Source: Sphaerodactylus townsendi (taxonomy: Eukaryota). From it: a stretch of DNA of 64,000 nt. Every line of letters starts with the position of its first letter. Positions within the stretch are counted from its first letter, which is position 1. The position numbers were made by a program, and so were the translations under genes. Positions 13,901 through 24,299 of this stretch are shown in pieces. The notes below the pieces were generated by a model. It saw only the letters and a list, made by a program, of their open reading frames with translations. It did not search any database and had not been told where the DNA came from. The stretch lies in the NCBI RefSeq assembly GCF_021028975.2, contig NC_059425.1, forward strand, positions 94,922,001 through 94,986,000, given 5' to 3'.

Positions 13901-16900
13901 AAATAGTCAATTTTACTCTACCACCAGTGGCCCAAAGGTTTTGATTTTAGCCTCTAGGGAAATATGAATATAAATTCCTTTCATTCACTCCTGCCAAAGG
14001 TTTAGCACAAGTCACAAAGATCCAAATATGGAAACCTGCATTGTGGAATAGGCAAGAAGTATGTGCACTAATTTCTCTCCCAGTTCTCAGACCCCTGGTA
14101 CCACCTCTAGATGCCACAGCTTTAACTCACTTCTTGATTTCCCAAAGGGACTGTCCAAATATCTTGGAGAGCTTTTCTTAAAACCAGCTGTATCTCAAAC
14201 ATCTGGAAACCTACCAGGAAAAAATAAGACTGTGAAAAAGCTGTGCAAGATACAGTTACACAGTACTTCAGCAAATGTGACTTTTTTCGGAGCAGAAGGA
14301 GTTTTCACTCAGGCGTTTTTGGCTGTCAAGTCCCAGCTGACTTATGGAAACCTGTTTATGGGTTGTTCATTCAAGGAATTAGGGGATGTGAAATGGAGGG
14401 GTGGAAAAGGAATACATTTCCTACCATATATGTCATGCAGAACCATAGACTCTCCCTCTTCTGCAGATGAAACCCAGAATGTTACTTTATCAATAACTTC
14501 TTTCAGTCTGTCTTTATCCGTGACACTAGTGAGAATACAGTAAGAAAAAAGCAGAGAACATCATTCCAAGTGAATCCCAGTCCAACCCACAAGACCACTG
14601 CTCCTCTTTATGAGACCCTGCTTAGGAAATCATTGGCATCATATGGGAAGGTTTCTCATGAATATATTTCAGCTACTGCCCTCAATTTGCAGCAACTGGG
14701 CTGATACCTTCCATCTTTCAGAAACTGCTAGAATTCATAAGTACTAACTGCAAGCACCTTTGCCAATAACCAAAGCCACCCGCACTAGTATCTGCAACAG
14801 AATCTCTTCATGGTGTTCCTTCCTGACCTTTGCATTTTTCTGGACTTTGTTAGCAGAAATGGGAGACACCAGAGCAGCAACCTAGCCAAGGAGGAGGGAA
14901 ACACGCAAAAAGACTGAACAATGATTGTCTCTTGCATTTCTTCCGGGGCAGAATTGCTTCTCTTTAGAAACTCTGTAAGACATTTTTTTAAAAGTCACTT
15001 GCCCTAGTTCTTGCTCTTTTAAGCCTTCTATCGCCACTATGCTTTGGGTACAACACAAAAGTGGGCCACAAAATCTGTGGAAATGGGTCCCAGGCTTCTG
15101 CAGTTGTATTGATTTGCGTGTGCTCTTTCGTTTTTCATGGATCACCATACCAAGTAAACTTGAACTTGTGGGTCACCATAATAAAAATGGAAGTCACTGT
15201 TCCAGAGAATTCAAAGTGGTGTGAAGAGGGACCCAGCATAAAAGAGGAAGTGAAAGACTGAGAGGATCTTTAAGCTGTTTGTTCATTCCTGACTAGGTTG
15301 GGTCTGGGCAAAAAGATATTCTCAGAAGTCTCCCAATTGTTTCCATAACACACACAACCCAGGGAAAAAAGCTGATGTTAATACAAAAAATAGCAATATA
15401 TAGAAATAGTTTTACCTACGGACAGCCCAATCACCAGAAAGAAGATCTTGTTGAAGTTTATTTTCTTGTGCTTCATTTACGTATGGGATCCCAGCCTTAA
15501 GAAACTGAAAAGAGGGTACAATTACACAGAATAGGGCCTCTATGCCAACTCTTATGAAAACCAGAGTCACCTTTGCTGTATTTTTTCCATTAGACCACAG
15601 CAATGTTTACTCTGTAAGGACAGTACTTCATTTCAGTCAGCCAGAACTTCAAAAGATTCTCCAATAGCTGCTATTGCTCAGCAGAGCAACAGAAAAACAA
15701 TCATATACGGGAACAATTTTCAGTTATTTCATAACTCACACACAAATCTTTTAAACATAGAGAAATGCCTCAACTTTTGAGACGCTTCCTTTTGGGAACT
15801 CTGTAAGACATTACTAAAAGTTCACTTGCCCCACTATCTGCTCTTTAAGCCTGCTATCACCACAGTTCCACAATTCATATCTCAAAGATGCTCCTGCTTT
15901 GAGGGAACCACTTCTTGGGCTTGTCAGCAAAACAAGTAAACCCTATGTTGGAAATGAAGAGGACAACCCAATATCTTTTTTCTTTTAAGAACAGTGGGAC
16001 AATAAATAGCTAGATCCAAAATTGCAGGCTCAGTGGCTATAAGTAGAAAATTTTGACTGGAAGTTAAAAACCATCAGCAATCAAACTATTAGAGTGACAG
16101 GAGGCCTGTACAACAACAGAGTTTCTACTCCACATCTCTTGGCCATGGTCCAAAGCCTCTTTTCCTCCACATCAGGGTAAAGCTCTCTAGGAGTACTTAG
16201 CTGGAGAGGCTTTGCTTCCTCACCTGGGCTACGTCTACTCTCTTCCTTGTTCTCTCCACCTGATACCCAGCAAATAGGTTCTCTCCTTTCTACTTCCATG
16301 TGCTATTCAACGCCCTCCTCCCCAAATACCTCAGAAATCAACAACAGATTAGTGCTGCTCACACTATCCTGGCCATGCTTTCTAGTACAGTGGTACCTCA
16401 GTTATTGTTGACTTCGGTTTTCATCGGTTTCAGTTTTCGTCGACTTTTTCTGGGCAAAATTTGTCTTGGTTTTCATCGATTGCCTCGGTTTTCGTCCTTA
16501 AACCCAGAAAAAGTTTGCCCAGAAAAAGTCCACAAACACCAAAACCGATGAAAAGTCCACAAAAACCGAAACTGCCTTATTTGGGCAGTGACACCCCCTG
16601 ATGTCACTGCCCAAATAAGGAGCTCCCTCTGCCTCCCAGCTGGGCTTCCTCAAACCCCAGTCAGTGGAGAGGCAGAGGGAGCTCCTTATTTGGGCAGTAA
16701 CTCCCCCTGATGTCACTGCCCAAATAAGGAGCTCCCTCTGCCTCCCTGCTGGGGTTTGAGGAAGCCAATTAATCCCTTCCTGGCAATTTTTGGAGTGCCT
16801 CGAATGGATTGATTGAATTTACATTGATTCCTATGGGAAATGGTGCCTCAGTTTTCGTCGATTTTGGTTTTCGTCGATTTCTTTCGGATGAATTATCGAC

Positions 16901-19900
16901 GAAAACCGAGGTACCACTGTAATTTGTTGTTTCCAGTGAGATTGAAATGCTCTTTTAAAAAGAGACATCCTGAAGTATCTAGTAACTGTTGTTTCAGGGA
17001 GGGACTCCTTCAGAAGGGTTTATATGCAAACCAGCATTGTTAATGCACAGCCATACTTTAATTAAAAACAAAAGACAAGAGAGTCAGGTTTTATCACTGA
17101 ACATACCTTGCTATTAGTGTAACTAAGGAATATTATGGGATTCCATCCATGTCTAGTCACAGGACAGTAGGACCAGCAGCTAGGAAAATTCCCAGGTGAT
17201 AACTAACATATTTCAATTACCTTTCCACACATTTTAATTTGTAAATACATTTTCAGATACCCTTGAACATATATCATTTTAGGAGCACGTACCAGCAAAA
17301 AATAATGGATCTTGTGTCCAAGTTCTCCCCTACTTAACTAAAAACAAAATTTACTTATAACAAGAGATATACCTTGTTGAAGTCAAAACCATAGTGAGCC
17401 AGGAACTTAATACTAAATGCTTGGAAAGAGAATTCAGAATCCATTTGCCCAAATGTTGCAGGGAAGAGGAAAAAGTTATATGAATGTGCCATATACCTGC
17501 AACAAAAGACAGAAAACCTAAGGTCACATTGCATCCAGTGTGCATAATGTAAATATAAGCATTGCTAAGAAAAAATACTTTACTTACTTGTTTGAATTTT
17601 CACTAGAAAATATTGACAATCCTGAAAGAAATGTTTTCAAAATATCAGGCTTACACATATACACACAATATTCTTGGGTACTTATTCATTTCTAGTCTCC
17701 ACATGCATTTATTCTAAAGTTATTTGAGCAGACTGTTAAAGATGCCACATATCTCTCTACCTATTTGCTGAAACTTTTTAGGGGCAAATCATTTGCTCTG
17801 AGGGCCAGATATGACACAGATGTGACTTGGATGGGCCAGGGCAGGGTCGGGGGGCTGCCTTGGTTGTCGAGCCCACAGCAGGCTTACCAGCCCAGATTGA
17901 AATTAGGGTGGGGGTGGCTACCTTGCCTGTCAAGCCTGCAGTGGGCTCACAAGCCAAAAATTGCAGGAGGTGGTGGTGGTGATTGGAACTGAGGTGGTGA
18001 TTGCCTCAGCACACTCACAGCAGGCTCGCCAGTCCAGATCAGCGTGGGGGCTGGTAGTCGGCATGGGGGGCGGGGTGGCTGCCTTAGATGGCGAGCTCAC
18101 AGTGGACTCGCCTGTCCACCATGGCACTGGGGGGGGGGGGATGTTGTCTGACCAGTGAGTCTGCAACAGCCTTTCCAGCACAGATTTGCACTGGGCGAGG
18201 TGGTTGCCTCAGCTGGTGCACCCACAGTAGGCTCGCTAGCTCAGATCAGCACTGGGGAGGTGTAGCTGCCTCAGCTGATGAGCTCACAGCAGGCTCAGAA
18301 TTGCACTGAGGAAGGTGGTCGGCACTGGGAAGGAGTAGCTGCCTCTGTTTGCAAGCCCACAGCAGCCTTGCCAGACCACATCAGAACTGGGGGATATGGT
18401 GAGCGGGGGATGGCTGACTCAGCTGATGAGCTTGCAGCAGTTTCACTAGCCCAGATCAGCAAGGGGCAGAGAGTGGCTCACCAGTGGGCTCACCAGGCCA
18501 GATCGGGAGCACGGGGGCAGGGGTACATGCCAGACCCAATCATGAGTGAGATGGCTTCCTGAACTGATACCTGTGCAGGAGGCTTGCCAGGTCAGATCAG
18601 GAGAGGAGTTTTGTGGGTGTTTGTGTAACCCCTAAGTTAAGAATGGGATGACCCAGAAAGGGGTGAAGTCTGAAAGAAGCAGAAGGCTGCAGAACTCATG
18701 AGGTTGGAGGAAACAAGGCTACCAGGCTGGGACCTGGATATATTATTATAAGCTCTTAACACCTTGTTTAAGGTAACTGCAATGTTGTTAGGAACTAGTG
18801 GAAAGGGAGTTTTTATTTTTGCTATATTGTAAATGTTAGAATTTATTGTTTCAGCATTTTTGTGTATGTAATTGGTGAGAGTTCTTTTGGGGACCTTCAT
18901 CATCTTGAATCCAGTTCACCAAGCCTCTGGAGTCTTCATGAGCCACCCACTTGCAGGAAGAAATGGACTTGGCATTATCAGACTGTAATTAGAAGGACTT
19001 GGAATGAAACTTGAACAGGACCTTGAAGTGTTATGTTAAATGTTAATGTTTCATAAGTGTTATATGTTAAGGAAAAGTAAACCATTTTGTTTAAAATTTA
19101 GTTGTTGCAAACTCCTTCCAAGTTCTGCCCTACAGAACTCACAAGCTGAGGTTACACTTGGACTGGTGTGCCTCAGTGAGGTGGCTTGCTGGATTGATGA
19201 GCTCGCCAGATCAGGAACGTGGTGGGTGAGGGCCTAGTCTGAGGAGCCCACAGAGGGCTCACCAGGCCAGTTGGGGAGTGGTGGAAGGGTTGTGCCAGAT
19301 GGTTTGTGAACCTGATAAGCCTTCTCAAGGGGCTGGATCTGGCCCCTGGGCTGTATGTTTAACCCCCTTGCTTTAAATACATTTTACTTAGAGTTTAAAA
19401 GTGTTTCTAGATTAGAGTTTAAAAGTGTTTCTAGAAAAATGTTTCTCCTAGTACAACACACTATGCTACCCCCATAAAGCTGAGGGAGCAGGTGAATAGT
19501 TGTTTTCGTGTTTTTCATGTTGACCATTTCCACTCCCACCTCCCAAAATCAGTGAGGCATATCTGTTCCCAAGTATGGAAACAGTCTCTCTCTCATGAAT
19601 GCCAGAAAAGTGCTGGGAAAAAAGAATAGCCTTAAAACAGAAGCGCTGTTATGAAAAAAAAAAATCTGGATGCCACACAACAATTCAGTGCATTTATTTT
19701 GTTTGTTACCACCAACCTGGACCTTCAGCTCTTGCACTGAATTAGAGGACATAGCAACAGGAGTTCACTCTGTTCCTTTCCTGTCATGTACCTGTCCTCA
19801 TCTTATACCTGTGCCCCAGGATTTCAGCTTGTCTGATAACAGCAACAAAAATTGCTCACCAAGCTGACACACTGTAAATTGCTGCACGCTCCGTCTGGCT

Positions 19901-21891
19901 TTCTGATACCACTTGCCAGGATAATCATAGAGACTAAAGGGGAGAAAGACAATAATCCATATTGTTCTGGGTGTGGTATATTTCTCCATACTAGTCCTTT
20001 GACTAAATAAACTGACAATTTATTAGGTATACCTGTGCTGTCCACCTGGTAGAAGTGCTGAGTGCAAACCTGTGAATTCCATATCAAAGCCTGCAAAACA
20101 TAAGCGACAAGGGAAAAAAATCTTCTCTGCATTTTTACCACCACAGCTATGAAACCAGTGTCATCAAACAGACTGCACATTCTGTTGGTTTTGTTCTAGT
20201 GCAGGGGTCTGCAACCCGTGGCTCCGGAGCCGCATGCGGCTCTTTCGTCGTTGTACTGCAGCTCCGCAGACTTGGGACCTGAATAGCCCATGAAAGGGCG
20301 AAGCAAAATAAAATGGGAGAAGGGAATAAAAGGCATTGGAGACAAAGAGCCTCCAAGCCTAGTCCCATTTTGTTTCTGTTTTATACGCGATGCTTTCCCT
20401 CTTTCCTTCGGCCCCGCATAATGGTGTCTATGGGAACCCGAAGTGCGCACTTGCGTGGAACTCTTGTTATTCAATGTCATTGCACAGAGAGGGTTTGGGT
20501 GGGTGGAAGTGATGTTTTTGCCGCCTTCCCTCCTGGCAGGGATGAAGCTGGTGAGCTGGAACGTGAACGGGCTCTGGGCCGGACCGGGGCCTACGGTGGC
20601 TCTTGGAGGCATTGGACGCAGGTGTGGTCTGCTTGCAGGAGACCAAAATCACCCGTGAGTCCTGGCGGGTGAGCATGCAGGGGAGAAGCCATAGGAGGCA
20701 GGGTCAAGCGTTCACACGTGCAAGAGAGCAGGGGATAGGAGAGGAGGATGGCCTGCACCTAGGGTTGCCAAGTCCAGCTGGGAAATTCCTGGAGATTTAA
20801 GAGTGGAGTCTAGGGAGGAGAAGAGCATCAACGGGGTATAACAGCATAGAGTCCACTCTTCAAATCAGACCTTTATTTTCCTGGATCCTGATCTTCAGGG
20901 GAATGGGTTCTATAGTCTGATGAGTTGCAATTCCATGTGGTCCCCAGGCCCTACCTGGAGGTTGCCAACCACAGCATGTCAGGTTGCATGTTGTGGGTTT
21001 TTCCATTGTGAGTGCCCCTTTTAGGGTTACCAACCACCTGGAGGAACAAAACTCTCCTGCCTGCTTAATAGCACTTCATAGATTTCATAAGCAACACACT
21101 ATAACTGTTTATACAAAGCGTAAAGCTTAAAAAAACAATATATACAGTGTTATCTTCATTTTAAATGTCAAAAAGTATTTGCAGCTCCAAGTGTTTTCTT
21201 TTCTGTGGTAAACGGGTCCAAATGGCTCCTTGGGTGTTAAAGGTTGCCGACCCCTGTGCTAGTGTAACTATGTGATTCCATTTGCAACTTTTCCCCCTTC
21301 TCCCAAGGTGTTCAGGGTGGCACACGCGGTTTTCCTGCCTTCCATAAATTCCATTTTATTCTCAGAACAAGCCTGCGAGGTAGGCAAGAATGAAATCAAG
21401 CATGACTGGTGACAGTGAGCTATACAGTTCCATGGGAACAGCCTGACAGTTCAACCACGTTACCAGAAGGAAAAAATCCAGAAACTTTAGTTTGGTGACT
21501 GTGTGAGACAACTGCAAGCACTGCGGTCTCCCACGTTTCCCGGACCAACTAAACGTCCATTAAATTGTGCAGTGAAGCCAAACTACCAAGGGCGGAAGCT
21601 GAAATAAGTGAAGCTCACTTATGGGTAAATGTTCACAGGACTGAGCTGTACGACCTGTGGTGTAGTTATTCGGTCCCCCCTTCTGCTCTTTCCTCCCTGC
21701 CCTTGTCGCTAAAACGAGGCCCGCCCGGCCTAGCTCTTCAATCCTTTCCGCCTGGCTCTGAGAGGAGTCGCTTCCATGGCTGATCTTCCCTCCCAACCCT
21801 CTGGGCCTGCCTCACCGACAAAATCGCAGCCACAAATGAGCTTTCGCAACGTCGGCAGCATCTCCTCAAACTCGGCAGCACCGACATCCAT
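4846..21891 (-). CDS. PNLDC1: PARN-like ribonuclease domain-containing 1 (pre-piRNA 3' trimmer), coding exons 1-16 (416 codons); remaining 3' exons lie left of the window
   Basis: Spliced translation MDVGAAEFEEMLPTL...GFDMEFTGL...PLVGHNMLMDLLHLH...FPHEAAYDAFLCGS...YVNQVNLIRARIQKI matches PNLDC1; DEDDh residues intact; all introns GT-AG and phase-consistent; synteny with MRPL18/TCP1/ACAT2. Confidence 0.95.
5381..5716. mobile_element. Tc1/mariner (Tc2/pogo-like) MITE
   Basis: Imperfect TIRs CCGTGTTTCCCCGAAAATAAGAC / GTCTTACTTTCGAAGAAACAAGG; internal AAAATAAGCCCTAC repeats. Confidence 0.75.
5915..6333. mobile_element. Non-autonomous hAT element
   Basis: TIRs CAGTGGTGGGATCCA / TGGATCCCACCTCTG; 8-bp TSD agtgcagc/ggtgcagc. 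Confidence 0.85.
7017..7059 (-). CDS. PNLDC1: PNLDC1 exon 15
   Basis: VLLKTAHLLLCRIS, donor gtaagt. Confidence 0.88.
7870..7923 (-). CDS. PNLDC1: PNLDC1 exon 14 (catalytic HxxxxD)
   Basis: ATKKFPHEAAYDAFLCGS. Confidence 0.94.
8475..9125. repeat. Long imperfect inverted repeat (foldback / MITE-like) in PNLDC1 intron 13
   Basis: 8624-8726 is the approximate reverse complement of 8920-9022, 8776-8808 of 8884-8915, 8496-8520 of 9080-9104; centre CAGCTTG-tcagttt-CAAGCTG. Confidence 0.85.
9372..9436 (-). CDS. PNLDC1: PNLDC1 exon 13
   Basis: DLNPTNASCPEVFHASDCLRY. Confidence 0.9.
9580..9770 (+). mobile_element. 5S-derived SINE (5S-Sauria-like), degraded
   Basis: GTTAGTACTTGGATGGG 5S internal promoter segment followed by a GGCAATGGCAA..CACTTCTG Sauria/RTE-like tail. 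Confidence 0.65.
10009..10041. repeat. (AAGT)n microsatellite
   Basis: Direct reading. Confidence 0.9.
10294..10349 (-). CDS. PNLDC1: PNLDC1 exon 12
   Basis: ECEFPHASNLLEVFELLCS. Confidence 0.88.
11654..11739 (-). CDS. PNLDC1: PNLDC1 exon 11
   Basis: EDYEEFKKNIHILFPIVIDTKNVAKAIWK. Confidence 0.93.
11946..12457. mobile_element. Non-autonomous hAT element
   Basis: TIRs CAGTGGTGGCGAACCT / AGGTTCGCCATCACTG; perfect 8-bp TSD AGATAGGG. Confidence 0.92.
12508..12577 (-). CDS. PNLDC1: PNLDC1 exon 10
   Basis: PLVGHNMLMDLLHLHDKFYNPLP. Confidence 0.94.
13140..13390 (-). mobile_element. Right end of a hAT-Charlie-type element (to 13235) inserted into an L2 LINE 3' fragment
   Basis: AAGGTTCCCGACCCCTG followed by ttctaggc; adjacent minus-strand [31 protein letters not shown] is typical of the L2 ORF2 C-terminus. 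Confidence 0.7.
13523..13660 (-). CDS. PNLDC1: PNLDC1 exon 9
   Basis: IMVKKISPRGRWLLENTFYDACQKERILLSARGFTNLFQTLVEAKK. Confidence 0.93.
14131..14210 (-). CDS. PNLDC1: PNLDC1 exon 8
   Basis: FQMFEIQLVLRKALQDIWTVPLGNQE. Confidence 0.92.
14425..14525 (-). CDS. PNLDC1: PNLDC1 exon 7
   Basis: VTDKDRLKEVIDKVTFWVSSAEEGESMVLHDIYG. Confidence 0.9.
15416..15504 (-). CDS. PNLDC1: PNLDC1 exon 6
   Basis: FLKAGIPYVNEAQENKLQQDLLSGDWAVRS. Confidence 0.93.
16388..16919. mobile_element. Tigger/pogo-type MITE with internal palindromes
   Basis: TIRs CAGTGGTACCTC / GAGGTACCACTG flanked by TA on both sides. Confidence 0.9.
17373..17496 (-). CDS. PNLDC1: PNLDC1 exon 5
   Basis: YMAHSYNFFLFPATFGQMDSEFSFQAFSIKFLAHYGFDFNK. 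Confidence 0.93.
17588..17621 (-). CDS. PNLDC1: PNLDC1 exon 4
   Basis: GLSIFSSENSNK, 34 bp, donor gtaagt, phases fit neighbours. Confidence 0.85.
17779..19370. mobile_element. Old hAT non-autonomous element with an internal ~60-bp GC-rich tandem array, interrupted by a solo LTR
   Basis: Degenerate ends AGGGGCAAATCATTTG...GAGGGCCAGAT and ATCTGGCCCC...TGTTTAACCCCCTTG; repeated GGTGGCTGCCTCAGCTGATGAGCTCACAGCAGGCTC-like units on both sides of the LTR. Confidence 0.65.
18624..19156 (+). mobile_element. Putative solo LTR (533 bp)
   Basis: TGTAACC...GGTTACA termini; near-TSD tttg/cttg; AGTAAA near 19076; AT-rich block interrupting the tandem array. Confidence 0.65.
19860..19933 (-). CDS. PNLDC1: PNLDC1 exon 3
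   Basis: LYDYPGKWYQKARRSVQQFTVCQLG. Confidence 0.92.
20033..20090 (-). CDS. PNLDC1: PNLDC1 exon 2 (catalytic DxE)
   Basis: GFDMEFTGLHSALLPGGQHS, ag/gt flanks. Confidence 0.92.
20202..21256. mobile_element. Non-autonomous hAT (Charlie-type) element carrying captured host sequence
   Basis: TIRs CAGGGGTCTGCAACC / GGTTGCCGACCCCTG; 8-bp TSD ttctagtg/tgctagtg; subterminal GCGGCTC motifs. Confidence 0.88.
20542..20654 (+). pseudogene. APEX2-like (ExoIII/AP endonuclease) exon-1 fragment inside the hAT element
   Basis: MKLVSWNVNGLWAGP(+1 frameshift)GLRWLLEALDAGVVCLQETKIT followed by a phase-1 GTGAGT donor. Confidence 0.75.
21816..21891 (-). CDS. PNLDC1: PNLDC1 coding exon 1
   Basis: MDVGAAEFEEMLPTLRKLICGCDFV-G, donor gtgagg. 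Confidence 0.9.
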
Positions 21892-23059
21892 CCTTTCTGC
21901 CCCTCTCTTAACCCTGCAACACGCGCTGTTATTCCCGCCCCATTTTTTTTAAAGACACAGGCGGTCTTGCAACTGAGGGAGGACCCAACACGGCAGTGAA
22001 ACTCCTCTCGCCTCCCCTCAGCCTTTAAAGGGATTATCTCAATTTGTGTCTCGTTCACCCTGACGGAATTGTAATACTGTCTGGTTACATTTTATTATTA
22101 CGACTTCAGTACCGTTTAAATAGCTTCAGGGCAGGGCATACAAACGTTCAGTCAGTTATTAGAACAGCATGGCAAGAAAAGCTTCACCTGTTGAATTTCC
22201 AACATGCAGTTGGTGCACAGATGGGGATCGTGCCAAAAATGGGGGGGGGGGGAACAACTGTACAAAACAATTGTATTCATTTGCTAATGTTCTAATACCT
22301 CAGAACGTGGAACCAAATTCAGATAACTTCAGTGGAACTTATTTGATGCCCCTTCTGCTTTTACCCTGTTCCAAAAAGAACACATGTGTTCCAGCCATGG
22401 GGCTGGCTTAGTTAAGTATTCTAGTCTAATGGATCTATTGCCAGCAATCATAAAAATGCAGGACAAAGCAAACAAGAAGAGATCAGAAAGGAGTATGGGA
22501 AAGGGGAATCTTATTTCCCTTGCTTATTTCCTCTTTCCCTTTCCTGAAAATCCCCATAGCCCTTTTCTGCTTCCTCTCTTTTTTACCAGTCGACATACTT
22601 TTATTTCCCACCCCCACCTTCAAATTTTCCTCCTTCCTGCCCCCTGGCAGCCTCTCTCCAGAATGTCTGGCCCAGCTGGAGAGAGTGTGTGATGCTGGCT
22701 AGATTGGGTCCAATTGTAGCAGAGAACATGTAAATAGTTGCAAGGGCATCTTATTTTCCCTCCATATGCAATTTCCTTGCTCTCGTCCTGGCAATCCCCT
22801 CCCTTCTCATTCATCAGCAAACCAAGCTTTTACCTGCCCCTGCCCATTTTCAAGTGTATTTTCACTTACTGCATATATATCCCATCTTTCTCCAGAATGG
22901 AGAACCAAAACATCATTCTTCCCTATCCTCATAACCCTGAGAGGTAGGTTAGATCGAGACTGTGTGACTGGCCCAAAGTCACCCCAGAGAGCACAGTGAG
23001 AATTCAAACCTGGTTCTTACAGATCCTAATCTGATACTCTAGTCACAAGCAAGCAAGCA

Positions 23060-23280
23060 AGCCTTGTGTAGTAGTTAAGAGCAATGGACTCTAATCTGAA
23101 GAACCAGGTTCAATTCTCCACTCCTTCATATGAAGCCTGCTGGCTGTTCTTGGGCCAGTCACAGTTCTCTCAGTCCACACAGAAGAGGGCAATGGCAAAC
23201 CACCTCTGAATGTCTCTTGACTTGAAAACCCTATAGGGTTGTCATAAATCAGCTGTGACATAATGGCACTTTCTACCACA
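23060..23280 (+). mobile_element. tRNA-head SINE with Sauria-like tail
   Basis: TGTAGTAGTTAAGAGC A-box-like and GGTTCAATTC B-box-like; tail GGCAATGGCAAACCACCTCTG. Confidence 0.7.
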
Positions 23281-24227
23281 CAGCCACTGCACCTCACTGG
23301 CTTTTGTGGGATGGCGGCTGTTTAACAGTAGGAAGCAGCTATGCTTAGTAAATCATAAAAGGCCTTCAGTAGCAAGTTGCATATGAACTGCTGCTTGCGC
23401 ACAGTCAAAATGGCCTTGGAGAGGGCCTTGTCCCTTCCCCACCTTTGACTGACAGAAATCAAGACTGAAGGCAGCAATAGTGTTGTGGCTGCAAGCAATG
23501 GTATTCATTTTTTAAAGCTAAAGGTGCTATTTAAATAATGGGGGTTAACTCCAATACCCCCCCCCCCCCAAAAAAAAAAACCCTGGGCCTTTTCTCAACA
23601 CATAAGCCTCTCTAATTTACCATATCTACCGGGATAGAATCCAATAGCAGTAACCAGAAGTGACTCAAACAAGCAGTACAGGTCTGAGTTCCAACTTCAG
23701 CCTCCAAGACTAAATGCAGCACAAGTAATTTTGATGACCTTATGATTGTACACTAATACAACCCAGCTTAGTCCTGACCATCATCTTGCAAAATTTCGTA
23801 TTGTTCTGGATAGTACTTTGCAAACACAGTAGCAGCAAAGAACACTGCTTGCTAAAGCATAAGTGATCGACTATATAACAGTTGTGAAATAATCACCTAG
23901 AGTCATTTTCCCTTATACTTCATCTGCTCCATGACTGCTTGGTACACCAAGGGAACTTGGAGTAACAAAATGGTAAGCTATGATAGCTGGAAGCTTAAAA
24001 GCTCACAGATCGAGGCTATTGCCTGAGAAGATACCAAAGTCAGCAGGAATATCCACCATGTTGTTCTGAAATCCAACTAGCCCCATGATGAGGCTTCAGG
24101 TGCAGGCAGACTTGAAGAAAATTTCTGTTTTTAAAAAACTATCAACATCAGATTGTCTATTAGATTTTTATTTAACCAGGAATGCTTCAATAGTCTGTTT
24201 CTCAACATGTTCTCACAAGTTTTAAAC

Positions 24228-24299
24228 TTATTTATAAATTCTTCGCAGCTCTTCCAGTACAACGCCACCTTCACTCACAGCATTTTGAAAGCTCTGGAC
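24228..24299 (-). CDS. MRPL18: MRPL18 exon 4
   Basis: [23 protein letters not shown]. Confidence 0.92.
   Translation of the reverse strand, partial: VQSFQNAVSEGGVVLEELRRIYK

Noticed and set aside
14061-14543. 160-aa plus-strand ORF
   Set aside because: Antisense shadow of PNLDC1 exons 7-8; no recognisable motif.
17830-18620. CRISPR-like or coding repeat array
   Set aside because: Degenerate tandem units without unique spacers, inside a eukaryotic transposon.
21892-22260. A-MYB sites upstream of PNLDC1
   Set aside because: CAACTG/CAGTT hexamers occur at chance frequency.
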